Below, in pieces: positions 23,271 through 36,100 of a stretch of DNA of 64,000 nucleotides (its first letter is position 1; each line of letters opens with the position of its first letter). Source of the DNA: Zancudomyces culisetae HAW-14-8 (lineage: Eukaryota; Fungi; Kickxellomycota); NCBI GenBank assembly GCA_052426225.1, contig JBNJNM010000008.1:1116001-1180000 (forward strand), given 5' to 3'. A model generated the notes under the pieces. It had not been told where the DNA came from. It was given only the letters and a program-made list of their open reading frames with translations, and made no database searches. The translations under genes and the position numbers were made by a program.

Positions 23271-24263
23271 TCACTTCCTATGTTCGTAAAATCCTTTGCC
23301 GCTTTTAATTCCAAGGTTTCCTGCTTCAACAAGCTTCTTCAAAACTGAAGGAGGCTTTACCAACTCCATCTTTTGTATTTCGCTATCTTCGTACCAACCC
23401 TTTGCTACAAAATAAGTGGTATCCAAGCCAACATAATCCAAAAGTTCAAAGGGACCCATAGGGTATCCAGCACCGTACTTCATTGCGATATCAATGTCTT
23501 TGGCAGAGGCATCACCACGTTCCAGCATTTTGACGGCTTCAAGCATGTATGGTACGAGTAGTCGGTTGACTATAAACCCAGGCATGTCTTTACAAACCAC
23601 ACAAACTTTCCCTACAGATACACCGTAGTTAAAAAGAGTATCAAACACCTCTTGCTTGGTGGTGTCAGTCTTTATGACCTCTAGAAGCTTCATTTGTGGT
23701 ACAGGGTTAAAAAAATGCAGACCCCCTATCCGTTCTTTTCTTTTTTCGGAGACATCTCTGAATATATCTTTAATTTTCAATGAGCTGGTATTGCTAACAA
23801 AAAGAGTTTGAGGGGATGCCATCGGATCTAAAGACTTGAAGAGGTTTTGTTTGATTTCTATGTTTTCTACCACTGCCTCAATAACCATATCAGATGATGC
23901 CACAGCATGTTCGCTTTCCGTAGTAAAGTTTATTCTTGATAACACCTCGTCAATATAATTTGTTTGCATACGCTCATCAGTCGTTTTTTTTCTTGCAATA
24001 CGCTTCAGAGAACTTAGGATGTATTGTTGAGACCTATCTAGGGCCCCCTTGTTCAAATCTACCAAGTTTACGTGATACTCGCTCGCAGCTGACACCTGGG
24101 CTATTCCCGAGCCCATCATTCCCGAGCCAAAGATAGTGATGTTTTTAAATGGCACCTTAGTGCGTGCTACATCACTGCCGCTTACTGTCGAGTGTTTTGA
24201 TCTTGTGATAGCTTTTGGTGTTACGATACAATTAAACCGTGCAAATGCCTGTCTTCTTAACAT
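23271..24263 (-). CDS. HADH: Mitochondrial 3-hydroxyacyl-CoA dehydrogenase
   Basis: GSGMMGSGIAQ, SNTSSL, GLHFFNPVP, GFIVNRLL, GAGYPMGPFEL, LGIKSGKGFY. Confidence 0.95.
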   Translation of the reverse strand: MLRRQAFARFNCIVTPKAITRSKHSTVSGSDVARTKVPFKNITIFGSGMMGSGIAQVSAASEYHVNLVDLNKGALDRSQQYILSSLKRIARKKTTDERMQTNYIDEVLSRINFTTESEHAVASSDMVIEAVVENIEIKQNLFKSLDPMASPQTLFVSNTSSLKIKDIFRDVSEKRKERIGGLHFFNPVPQMKLLEVIKTDTTKQEVFDTLFNYGVSVGKVCVVCKDMPGFIVNRLLVPYMLEAVKMLERGDASAKDIDIAMKYGAGYPMGPFELLDYVGLDTTYFVAKGWYEDSEIQKMELVKPPSVLKKLVEAGNLGIKSGKGFYEHRK

Positions 24264-24480
24264 ATTTTTGTAATAGCTTTAGTGATTGTTTTGGAGGCTT
24301 TTTCCTGGTGTTTACAACTAATGTCTCAACAATTAACCAAAAAGAAAATTGATCTATGTGTTTTGAGCCTAAAAAGCCCCTTATATCCAAGAAGCAGCTT
24401 TAAATAACCCAACATCTTCTTTCAGAATCATTTTGATCTGTTTTTTTTTTCATGTTTAAATTGCCAGCTGATTTTGAAAC

Positions 24481-24700
24481 AATTATTCTGCTGATGTTTC
24501 AACGTATCCAGGGTTAGAATACATTGGAAAAAAAATCATCAAAAGGCCAGACTTATTGGCGCATGTTAAGAGTGTTAATCCTAAACATTGGTGGTGTTTT
24601 ATAGAAATGAGAAAGGAGTTGGCAGTTGATAGCAAAAGTTACAACACTGTGGATGTATGTTGAATCCTCCTTTATGGCTTTACAAAACTTAAAAACATTG
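24481..24700 (+). pseudogene. Possible relic of a DIRS-like RNase H end and N6-adenine methyltransferase domain
   Basis: NYSAD...DLLA-x20-AVDS, then after a frameshift MLNPPLWL. Order and spacing resemble NxxAD...DLFA-x20-AVDA...NPP(W/F). Confidence 0.35.
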
Positions 24701-25654
24701 ACGTACTATAATCTGTTCAATGTATATAAAGCCCGTTTTATATGCTTTTTATGAACTAAAAGACACAGGTATTTGAAAGATGGCCCCTCTCATTAAGCCA
24801 TGTATGTTACATAGCGCTCACTGACCTAGACGATACTGGTGTTCCCAGTTTTTTCAAAAAAGTAACACTCCAACTCTTTTTTATTTGGAAATTTCCTGCC
24901 AGGGTAAAACCGATCCCAATTGATCTTGTGAGTGTCAGGGTGGTCTATTCTCCAATATTTTATCATTCCTGTTTCTACCAAAAAAAGTATTAATTTCCTG
25001 TTATTTTGAGTTTGAAATCCAGAGCTGGGAGTGGTTTGGGAAGTATTAAAGGGTGAATGGGGGATGTAACGTGTGATGCGTCTTTCAGTACAACGTTTTC
25101 TTTATTGGGTGGGCCTATTCCGTGGCTTGTTCAAAAATTTTATATCCAGTTCATACTTTTACCTTTTTGCTTTTATGGGCGTGGTTATGCAAGTTTGTAT
25201 TCCAAAATTTATTGCCTAAAAAGGAAAAATATACACGCAAATACCAATTAATCGGTTGAAAAGAGCAGTATATTTCTGCCCAATTTGAGACTTTGCTATT
25301 GTTTTCGTTAAAAAATGATGGCGACCAATGAATTGTGAAATACATGGCCATCACATCATCCATACCGTTCAAAAGACGTGGTAGAGGGAAAAAAGTTCGT
25401 ACAACTACAAACAAATGAACAAGCATCAAATGACATGCAGGGAAATTTCAAATGAAGTTCACGTGAATTGAGTCTAAAATTTTCGAGCGAAATCAAGTGA
25501 AAATTTTTTTGAGTATTTATACCAAAACACAAATTCTTTAGATAATGTATAACTTTATGCACATAAAAACTTATACTTTTACCACGCATGTAAGACAAAG
25601 AGAAATCTCGATTATCAAACACACTATATCTATAAAAAAGTTTCGGATCTTAAA

Positions 25655-27120
25655 ATGTATCAGATAGGTCATATAAAGGAGGAAAATCTAGAAAATTTGA
25701 AAAAGTACCAATATAGGGGTGTGGACAAGAGTATCTTGTCCAATTATGTGTTGGGTGAATATTGGAATTTTGTGGTAAAATTCGTACCACTATGGGTAGC
25801 GTAAGTACGTCTATTTTTCTATTAAAAGAACACGTTTTATTATATGTTTGGTTCTACTTTTATAGGCCCAATATGGTGACATTGTTTGGTTTTGGATTGA
25901 TCGCATTTGGATTCGTACTAAACATGGTATATGCACCAAATCTAATTGAAGAGATGCCCAGTTGGGTTTACATAGTGTAAGTGTTTTTAACTATCAAAGT
26001 TTTCTACTTTTTTACTCGCGTTTTTTACTTTTTTTTTTGCTGTTTCTGTTATCTCTTACTATTAATATTTTGTAAATAATATGATATAATATGATATAAT
26101 ATGATATGATATGATATAATATGATATGATATAATATAGCCAAGGAGTATGTATATGGGGGTATTCGACACTAGATGCTATCGATGGCAAACAGGCGAGA
26201 CGAACAGGTCAGTCTGGACCACTCGGTGAACTATTTGATCATGGCTGTGATTCGATAACTACAACGGTATGTTTTGCTATTATCCCAAACATTGATCCAA
26301 TACTCATCTTTGCTATTTATTTATTTATTTTTAATAGTTGGTGATGCTGATGTTTGCAACGTCTTTGCAATGGGGAAGGGGACCAAGAACGCTCATATGC
26401 TTGATGTTTGGATACGCCAACTTTTATGTGGCCACTCTAGAAGAATTCTACACAGGGGAACTGTACATGGCCTATTTTACTGGGGCAGTGGAGGGGTTGG
26501 CAATAAATTCACTAACGGCCTTACTCATTGGTGTATTTGGGACTAAGATAGCCACAACACCAGTATTTTCCATTGTTTTTGGATCAGGTGTGGCGGCTGC
26601 TACATCAAGCAACACTTCAGCCAATTTACTTTCGATCTTGACAAACTTGAAAAACATCAGTTTTTCAGATTTCGCATTCGCGTTTATGTCAGTCGGAATC
26701 ATACCTACTCTTTTTGCGTGTTACAAACACATATATGTAAAAAATAATAGAAATGTCAACATAATGGTGGATGCAGTAGTAGATACGGTTCCAATACTGT
26801 TAATCGTAGCATCCATGGCATTAAATTTGGGACATGAAACAAGTATAATGAGGTATTTATGTTATGGGTTGAGTCTGTCATATGTTGTGGGCCAGGTGAT
26901 TTTGGGACACATCACCAAAAACAAGAAAGCAATTAGTCCAGTAGCATTAGCTCATATTCCCCACGTGTTGCTAATACTATCAAACAGCATGACATCTGAT
27001 CTTATTGCTTTTGGTTTGCTTTTGTTTCTGTATTCCTCCCTTGTCCGAAATGTAATTCGACAGATTACCGAGTATTTAGACATTTATTGCTTGTCGATCA
27101 AACATCCCAAGACCTTTTAA
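25655..27120 (+). CDS. Choline/ethanolamine phosphotransferase (CDP-alcohol phosphotransferase), 4 exons
   Basis: [20 protein letters not shown]|[32 protein letters not shown] signature, EEFYTGELY. Confidence 0.93.
26075..26138. repeat. Intronic (ATATA/ATATG)n microsatellite abutting the splice acceptor
   Basis: Pentamer repeats seen directly up to the acceptor AG. Confidence 0.85.
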
Positions 27121-27497
27121 GTATGTTTTGAGCATCTTTTGAATCTTAGATTTAGAACATTAGAGTCATTTTTGGCTTAAGTATTTATTGCAAATAAATC
27201 TTTATGGTAGTATAAACAAACACGAATAAATAATTTACCGTAAAATTTAATAACCACAAGTACTGATATCCAGTGTTACAAAAGTATACTTGATAAAAAT
27301 GATGCTGTTGTCTCTCTCAAAATACCTCTCTACGCCTCATTGATTGTGGTGCTTTTTCATACCTTCACCAATAAAGTATCTTGCTTTCAATAACCAATGA
27401 TCATCAGCAAATTAGCAATCAAACTTCGCTCTGAACCATAAAAGATTCGATTCAAAAGTAAAAATGTGATCTAATAAGAACTAAAGCAGGTAAAAAG

Positions 27498-27571
27498 TGA
27501 TTTCTGCCGGACTCGAACCGGCGACCGTCTGTGTGTTAGACAGACGTGATAACCATCTACACCAAGAAATC
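27498..27571 (-). tRNA. tRNA-Val (AAC)
   Basis: Reverse complement GATTTCTTGGTGTAGATGGTTATCACG-TCTGT-CT-AAC-AC-ACAGA-CGGTC-GCCGG-TTCGAGT-CCGGC-AGAAATC-A folds as a cloverleaf, followed by a T5 Pol III terminator. Confidence 0.97.
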
Positions 27572-28242
27572 ACAAAAAGTTTTTTATTTTTATAAAATAT
27601 ATTATTAACTATTACTCATTTATTGCGTTTCTATTATTTATTTATATTATATCTAAAGATGCATGATATTCACCTACTTGAGAGCAAAAATTATAATATT
27701 GAACAAGTACATTTTGATTGTAAAAATATACACTATTCAGACTTAGTTCAGTTGAGCAGTGTATTTATTGTCATGGTAAATTTGCATATTTCCTCGCGTA
27801 TTTTCTCTACATAACCATCATAGATACTAACCAGTGCAACTTCTTAGTCATTAGCACGCGATATATCTTGAGTAATTTGTTAGATTTTTTAATAGGATTT
27901 TTTTTTCAAACATCTATAATGATATATATATTCTCTTTTTTGTATTTTATTGATGTTCCTAACTCTCCTATATCTGATTTGATTTTTAGCTTATTTTACT
28001 ATGGGTTTAATTTTCCAACTATTGGCTGGGTTATAGACTATCATAATAAATTTCATTGTGTTTGTAAAAAATTGTTGATAATGAGAGAGGAGAGGCGAAA
28101 AAAAATTGTTCAGGGCTGAAATCTGTTCCAAATAATTCCCGCCCTTCATAAAAAAACAAATAAATAAAATACAATTAGAAAATAAAAAAGTATTTTGAGA
28201 CAAGAGCAAATCTGTAGAATCTCAGTTATAAATTCAGACGAA

Positions 28243-28562
28243 ATGTACCAATACATTAGAAGAAAGGCATTCGAATACCCATTTGCAGCCTGGGGTATAA
28301 TATTTGGATTTACGGGACCCACGATGGTATTGGCGACTCCATATGTAAAGCACAGATTTGGAATCGAAAGAATTGAACCGGTACCAAGATCTTATCCTAG
28401 TAAGTGATTCATATACCTCCAAAGCTTAAAATGCATTTCTTTTTGTGTATTTACATTGATTCAAGGTTCAATCTTGCATTACTCAATTTTATCCGTAGTA
28501 AAATCTTTATTCACTTTTATATATATTCTAAATCTCAAATAGTGCCTGCTCGAAAGGAATAA
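28243..28562 (+). CDS. Complex I 9.5-kDa subunit (NI9M/NDUFA3-like), 2 exons: 28243-28399, 28543-28562
   Basis: MYQYIRRKAFEYPFAAWGIIFGFTGPTMVL...PVPRSYP|MPARKE; single TM helix; PxSYP.P motif. Confidence 0.8.
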
Positions 28563-28714
28563 CTAATTACTCAACTCTACAGCAACACACATCAGATAAT
28601 TACTACGAAAGCACAATTTAAAACGGAAAGAGTTCTCGGTTTTCATATGTTGACAATTTAAGGATAAAGTACCCGCTTTTTTCATCTATTTCCTTTCTAG
28701 CTACACCTTTTTTT

Positions 28715-31700
28715 TCATACAAAGTTTTGCGGATTGAGACCAAATAAAAGCGAACTACATATTCTAAATTCTTTTTCAGCCAGGATGTTTGCAAAGCTGC
28801 TAATATCATGGTATTTAAAGGATACTGAGTTGTTTGAAAAGTGATAAAGGATGCGGGCAATTAGACCTTTTGAATGTGGAATTGCTTTAACAGCAAGGTT
28901 AAACTGCGAACAAAGATCTTTCTCCTCAAGATTTTTTGATAAGGAGAAATTGAGGATGGCCAACTGAAAGTAGTATAGCCAAATATTTACAGAAGTGTGC
29001 AATTGGGGGTTGGTGAGCTGAGAAAGGTTTGAAGAGCGTGAAAAATACTTTTCATAATAAAACAGCGCTCGGTTTAAGAATAGCTCATTTAAACCTTTGG
29101 CTAGGGCTGGTTCAGTCGTAGATTCTTTTGGTTTATCATTTGGCTGGTCGCATAATTTAGAGCAAAAAGTCTCATAAATTGATGCTATGATGTTCAGAAA
29201 GATGGTATTAAACGTCTTTGAGTTAGAAAACCTATTTAATAGTTGAATGTTCCCAGTCAAGTCGGAGTTTAGGATGAGTAAAAAATAAAGCGGGAAAAGG
29301 AATAGTGACGAAACTTGCAAAAAAGTAACATTTAGCACCAGCTAAGCAGAAATATGTCAAAGATATACACTTACATTTCAAGAACCTGCAAATAAATATC
29401 AGCAGAACCAGCCGAGGTCGAATACTGGCGATACTTTGATTCGTATAAAGAATTGAGGTACCACAAAGAGGAATTCGTTGGAAAAGTCAATAGTGCATCG
29501 GTTAGAGAATGCCTGAGGCTTTTGAGAATTTCATAATTGATGTTTGGTGTGGAACTACAATGCTGGTATAACAATGCCGACCGTTGAGACAACGTTAGCT
29601 CGTATAATGTCATAGAAACTAACGAGTCTTGGTTTTTCTTGAGGTTTTGTATCTGAAAAGCAATAAATAGGTCTGCTCTTTGTGGATCAATAAAGTAAAA
29701 CAAGTACAACGACCTTACAATAAACCCCGAAAACCATTCTGATGGATCATAACTGTTTGAATAGAAGCAATAATTATCTACAGAGATTTTGCGGACAAAA
29801 TTTATATATTCGTCGGGACTATTCTGTTCAACCGAAGAACAAAGGTCAGCTAAATTCGCCGTGGATAGTTGAGACCAGGTAACAGGGAAATGTAATAGCA
29901 CCAAAGAACATTTTGCACTTTGAACATCGTTTAGACCAATATATAAGATAATGATGCTTTTCCACACAATAACCGCCTTGGATACATCTCCAAATTCATC
30001 GATTCTGCTTAAAAGATTGAACCATACGCTTAGAGCTTCTTCATATCGTTTGTAGTAAACAAGAAGTCTTCCATAGCTTATCCATAGGTATAACGATTGT
30101 GGCAGCAGTGAATTGAGTATTTTTTTAAACAGATTCTTACAGTACTTGAAGTCAACTAATCCTGCCATCGTGGTTAGAACTAGCGCTAGCCATTCTTTTA
30201 TCTTTTCGTTCAATTCAGCTTTGAATAGTAACTGTTCTAGTGACAGAATTCCAAATTCAGTGAATTCGTTATGCGTAAAATCAAAAGACATACTGGTGTC
30301 TCCTATTACTTTTAAACCCCGATACGCAAAGGTAATGAAATCAAACAATATCGGACGACATTTCCAACTACTTTTTACTTTTTTATCCCACCAGACCCCT
30401 CCATCACCAGCACTTTCCATAAATGCGTCGTTCCTATAAAAAAAATTCGAATTTACCAACCACGTGTTGCCCATCTTCAAATCACTTTTTAAATCTTCTT
30501 GATTCATACAGTCAAGCCCAGACGGGATAAAGGGAATCGGAATATAAATACCCAGAATCCCAAACAGATTAGATATAAACTTCATTGTTTCCCATGGGCT
30601 TTGAATGAGGTCACTAGGTTCTAGTAAAACAGGTTTGATATCCTCAAATAATACAATCCTATATGGGTCCTCTTCGCAATCTCCATCATTATACTCGTCA
30701 CCTCTATCAGCATGAAAATACCTGGCAACAAAATCAGGTACCGATCTTTGTGAAAACAAACTCTGTCGCTCTAAACTCCTTTCAGTTTCAATCCATTTTC
30801 TTAGTTTACTTGTAGGCTCATCAGTGTCATCGTCGTTTGAATGGACCTCTAAGTTCAATGGACTCTGTGTGTTTCCAATTTTTGGTGCGCCGATGCCGTG
30901 GAACCCACTATCCTGATTACTGAAGAACTCGTTCCAAACCAACCTACTATATTCCCCTATTTTTGGTGTGGTTAGACTAAGAACCCAGTATTCTTCAAAT
31001 TCTAAAGACGTGCTCTCACGCTTTGGTCTAAAAAAAACCCAATCCAAAACAGCCTGAATGGAGCCGGTGCACTTTTCTGTATATCCAGTTTCCTTGTACA
31101 GCTTTATCAATCTATAAATTACAATTTTTTGAGCTTCTTTAATGCTAATGACCTTTTCAATATCCTTTTCTTCATTTAGTCTTTGAATGAAATCGTTTAG
31201 CGTGGCTACGATTAGTTGTATCATCCCATTTGTATTATACGCCGTTAGACTAGATTGAAAATAATTCAATTTTTTAACCACCAGAAACGGATCCCAGCTA
31301 CCCCTTAAAACTTGCTCCCATTTTGTCATCACCTCTGAGACTGTGGTCATCCTACCAACAATATCCATGTATTTCTCCACCAAACTGGAATTGCTTGGAT
31401 TGTTTTGTATCGCTTTTTCGCAAATAGATACTAGTATCTCCATTTTCACTTTTTCGTTTACATTTTTCTGACTCTCAAACATTTCATTTTGAAGTTCAAT
31501 GTATTCGTGCCAAGCGTTGGTGTCATGCGGGTTTTCGTTTACTCTCCTACTTAATTCTTCCATCTGCTCTTGAAAAATTGGTTTTATAACGATATCATTT
31601 GCTTGAAATAAGTTGCCCGCAATCAAACTAGGAGTCGGCTCTTCAAAAGCAATATATCCCATATTTCTCTCGCTTTCATCATGCAATTCTTTAGAGTTGG

Positions 31701-32844
31701 GTTTCTTACTGGTGTCAATCCTATTTTATACTTAATCTATTGGTACTTGTTTGCAAAGCCAAAATTTGTTTCAAGTCACCTACCTTTCGATATCCTTTTC
31801 GTTATTTTTCCAGTTTATATTCATATATCTGGTAGATTCCTAAATCAAAATTTATCAAAGGGGATAAGTTCATTTATCAGTTCTGAGTAGTTAAACTACA
31901 CAATATTACTAAATCCAAAATTACCTTGCTGGTTTCATCCACTTTTTCAAGATATTTGTCATTTCCTTCTCCCACCCTTTCTGACAGATACAACCCATTG
32001 CCTCCCAACACTCTTCCACCTATGCTTCGGAAAAACAGTAGAACAATATTAAATGTTGTACATACACATACATGGGTATGAACAAAAGCAAATAATTGTG
32101 AAAGCTTTGGATTGAAATATTAAACGCTTTGTACATACCACCCTTTCTATAAAATTTGACTTTCTTTGAACTGGAACTATCTTCATTTACTCGATGTTTT
32201 CGACTATCAATATAGAATAAACCTTCCTGCACCGCCTGTTCCGCACTATTTTTAAAATATCATCAGTGTTAGTGTTAATAGCCTTGAGTATAAAAAAGCA
32301 TATTTTCTCTTTTCTTTTGTTTACATAAAATTTGGATTACATTTTATACACTTTTTCTTGTCGCAAAAGCTTTCTCTCTTTATCACTTAATCTTTTCTTG
32401 CTCCTCTCCTAAAAGGATTACGTCACATTTTTAATAACAAACCGAGTTCAAAAAAAGATATGTATATATATATATAATATAATATGCCAGTACAGTCTGT
32501 CTTGGTATTACTTTTAGTGACAGGTTAGCTGACTTGGTATTTTTGTGATCTAACTCTTGCTTAGATTTTGATTTAGATTTAGATTTAGATTTTGATTTCG
32601 ATTTTTGAGTATCTGCATCCCTGGTGTCTCTGGATTTTTTACTCTTTTTTTCCTTTTCCGGCCTTCGCTCTATATTTAAAACGTGAAATTAGAAAAATCA
32701 TCGATAGATGCTTCATATATGTGTTTCTTCTCATTTCTGCGACTTGCATCAATTGTTTTTTTATCAAGACCTACCTTCTTTCCTTGAAGGTAAATCGGGG
32801 GCCGATTCGAAATTCGGAAAACTGTGTAAAAAGTTTTCAGACAT
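28715..32844 (-). CDS. NRDE2: NRDE-2 family nuclear RNA surveillance/RNAi factor, multi-exon
   Basis: N-terminal SFPNF, NPHDTNAWHEYIELQ, GYTEK..QAVL, WIETE, DPYRIVLFEDI, HAT-like helices, C-terminal EKEFR. Intron 29232-29374 restores frame. 5' exon boundaries approximate. Confidence 0.8.
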
Positions 32845-33066
32845 TATTTGCTATTGTGCAATTCACTTTTCATTTTATTTAAGAAGCAAATATTTAAATC
32901 GCCTCTTGTATATAAATACTTCAATTTGAAGCGTATTGTTGAATAGTAATTCTATGGGTTTTTACTAATTATCGATTTGCATTTCATTTGGGCAGGTTTG
33001 AAATAAAAACGAAGGACATGATCATATGGTAAAAATCGGTACTTGAAACCCAGATAAACCATGGTG

Positions 33067-33080
33067 TGGCAAATAGCAGA
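33067..33080. repeat. Target-site duplication, left copy (TGGCAAATAGCAGA)
   Basis: Identical to 39110-39123 and directly abuts the poly(T) run. Confidence 0.93.
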
Positions 33081-33168
33081 TTTTTTTTTTTTTTTTTCGG
33101 TAGAAAAAAAATTTATTTAGAAGATAAACAGTTCCTAAAAAAAAATAAAAACAATCTATAATCTAAAC

Positions 33169-36100
33169 TCATCCTATCCCCCTTCGACTCTCTAGAGTCT
33201 CCGTACCCGATGGGCATTGGTTCAAGGGGAGTGGGACTACACTAATGTCTTTCAACAATAGGTAGCGAGGTAAAAAGGTCTCGTTAAGAAACCGGGCTGT
33301 GGAAACCACTGCTCTAACGCAAGTGGCGTTTGGATCCCGAAGAATCCCAGGTAGTTTGAGCTTTAACTCCTCCCCCAGGAGTTTACCCACGATTTTCCTG
33401 CGAAGCTCAACACACTCGGAAATCGTGCTAGATAAAAAAGAACTATAAAAATCTATAAATTCGGTAAGTAAATCCTTCCTAATTTCGTCCCATCTACTGC
33501 ATTCTAATAAGTAATGCTCAACTGTTTCTTTTTCTTCTTTCTTACAGAACGGACATTTGGCTTTGTAATCTGGATCTATAAAACCCGAATTTGCTAATCT
33601 CGTGGCGGTCCAAAATTGACCTATTCGAATTCGACCTACGAAAAGAATGTGTTTCATGTACTGCGGAAAGGCCGCTTGTAAGTCGACCCAGTTCCTTTGT
33701 CGGCCTGCTCCAACTTCCTTTATCCACTTTGTAATATTCGACTTGTCTTTCAGCCTGTTGTTTATCTCGAGTGTCTCTTTGGTTTTTCTTACCTCTCCGG
33801 TTGGTGCATTGTCAATCTTGATCCTGTTGAATCTGTTAGACCACCTTGTGTACCCTGTGACCCAAGTGTCCTTCGAGTGTTTGAAGGGGTTCTGTATTAA
33901 ATCTGCTATCCATGTTTTCATGCCACTCCATTTGTGGAATGCTCTGTCTCTAGCTCTGGTCGTTCTACTGTAAATATCTGTTATATTTAATTCTTCTCGC
34001 AATCTCCTCATGCATGTCGATCTGCCCACTCCCATGGCTATTCTCAATGTGTTGTCCACGGCTTGCTGTATCGGTTTTACCCTTGCTTCAGACATGCCGA
34101 ACATTTCACCTCCATAACTAGCGACCGCAATGACTATCGACCTAATTACCATCTTTTTCATCAACAGCGGTGTATTTCTGTCTTTGAGTAGATAGTAGTT
34201 GCTCATGGTTGCTCTTTGTACTTTTTCTTTCCTCTCCTGTATGTGTAGCTTGTTATTCCAATATTTATTGAATATAACACCCAAGTATTTATATTCATCT
34301 ACTTCTGGTACTTTTGCATTTCCCAAAAAGTATTCTGGAATCGTAATTTCAATATTATTGTTATTTTCGTCGCTTGTTCTATTCACTGCTTCAACTGTCA
34401 TAATCGCACTCTTGCTAGCATTCACCTTCATGTCCCACTTCTGACACCATTGCTGCATCATGTTAAGTGCTTCTTGCATCTGTTCTGGAGTGTCTGACAA
34501 TAAAACTGTATCGTCTGCAAATAGTAGTCCCGGAATTTTTTCTTGAATCCCTGGCACTTCTATTCCCTCCATTCCTTCAAATATATCGTTGATAAAAATA
34601 TCAAAAAGCATTGGTGAGGCTGGGCATCCTTGGCGAACACCTCTTTCGAAGTTCATCGCCTCCGATAATCCATTTCCTACCCTTACTTTTATTTTTGCGT
34701 TATTATAGAGTTCTTTAATTACTGCCAGTAATTTACCATTAATTTTGTTCATTTTTAATTTTTTGAATAATAAATTGTGTTGCACTTTGTCGTAGGCTTT
34801 TTCAAAATCAATAAAACAAATTATGGTTTTTGTATTATTGATTTTTCGCCTTTTTATAATTTCGTATAGCGCTGTGGCTTGAGCTACGCATTCCTCCAGT
34901 GTCCTGAATCCCGCTTGCTCTTTTGCTAATAATATATGTCTATTATCTATTAATCTTAATTTATTAGCGACTATTTTGGCTATAAGTTTGGTTATGGTTG
35001 GGATTAGCGAAATCCCCCTATAATTGTTTGGGTCTTTAGTGTTTCCTTTTTTGAAAATAGGAACGATTACGCTGGTATTGTTTTCACTGTTTAACTTTGG
35101 ATTATTCCAGAATTTTTTAATTATGGTTAATAAAAGTACTGCAAGTTCCGATTCTGGATCTTCATCGCTCTGTATAAATTTCCAGATTTCGCTCGGAATG
35201 CCATCTTCACCCGCTGCTTTGTTTCTCGGAGTTTCTTTTAGCGCTTCTTTAACTTCTGTCCATGTTGGTTCTTCGTCGCATTCTCTGAAGTAGTCCACTT
35301 CCTCCTCTCTTTCTTCTGGGATTGTGCTTAATGCTGAGTTTTCATTCTTCGATAGCTTGTAGAAATGTTTTATCCATACTTTGAGTTTTTCTGCCTCCTC
35401 TGTTATCTCCCTTCCTGATTCATCCAGGACTCCTCCGTTATTAAACACAGATTTTTTATTTAGAGCTCTCATTTTTAACCATCTCCACATCGTCTTGGCA
35501 TCATTGCCTTTGATGTGTTCACATAGTTTCACTAACTCCTTTTTATTATGTAATTTTTGGTCACTTTTTATTAGCTTTGAAGTTTTAGATTTCATCTGGA
35601 CGTAATCATTATAAAACAGCTCTTTCTCGTGTTCATCACAAGTTCTGAGCATTTTTTTGAACAATTTGCAACGAAGTTTGATCATCTTTCGCGTTTTTTT
35701 ACTTAAAAAATGTTGATTTTTTTTGGCTTCGGAATTTTTTTCGGCCAATTTCTCATTATTTTTTGGGTTTGGATTATTTTTTTCAGATATCTTATCCATC
35801 AATTTTTTAGTCTCATTAACGGTTTCACTGATTAGTTCGTCAGTTTCGTTAAGAGATGTCAAAATTGAAAATTTATTGTGAGTTCTGAACAGTTCTGATT
35901 TTTGGTCCAATAGTTTCCGGTTGACAATTTTTTTTTGCTGCTCTGGTTTAATTTCCTCAATGGTAAAGTTGGCTGTAATAGCCAGATGATCACTGAGGTC
36001 AATTTTTTTGTGTAGTTTTGTTGTCACGAATTGTCCTACTGTGGGGGTATAAAAGATGTGATCGATGGTGTTCTTCAGTCGCTTTTTTGTTATCCTAGTT

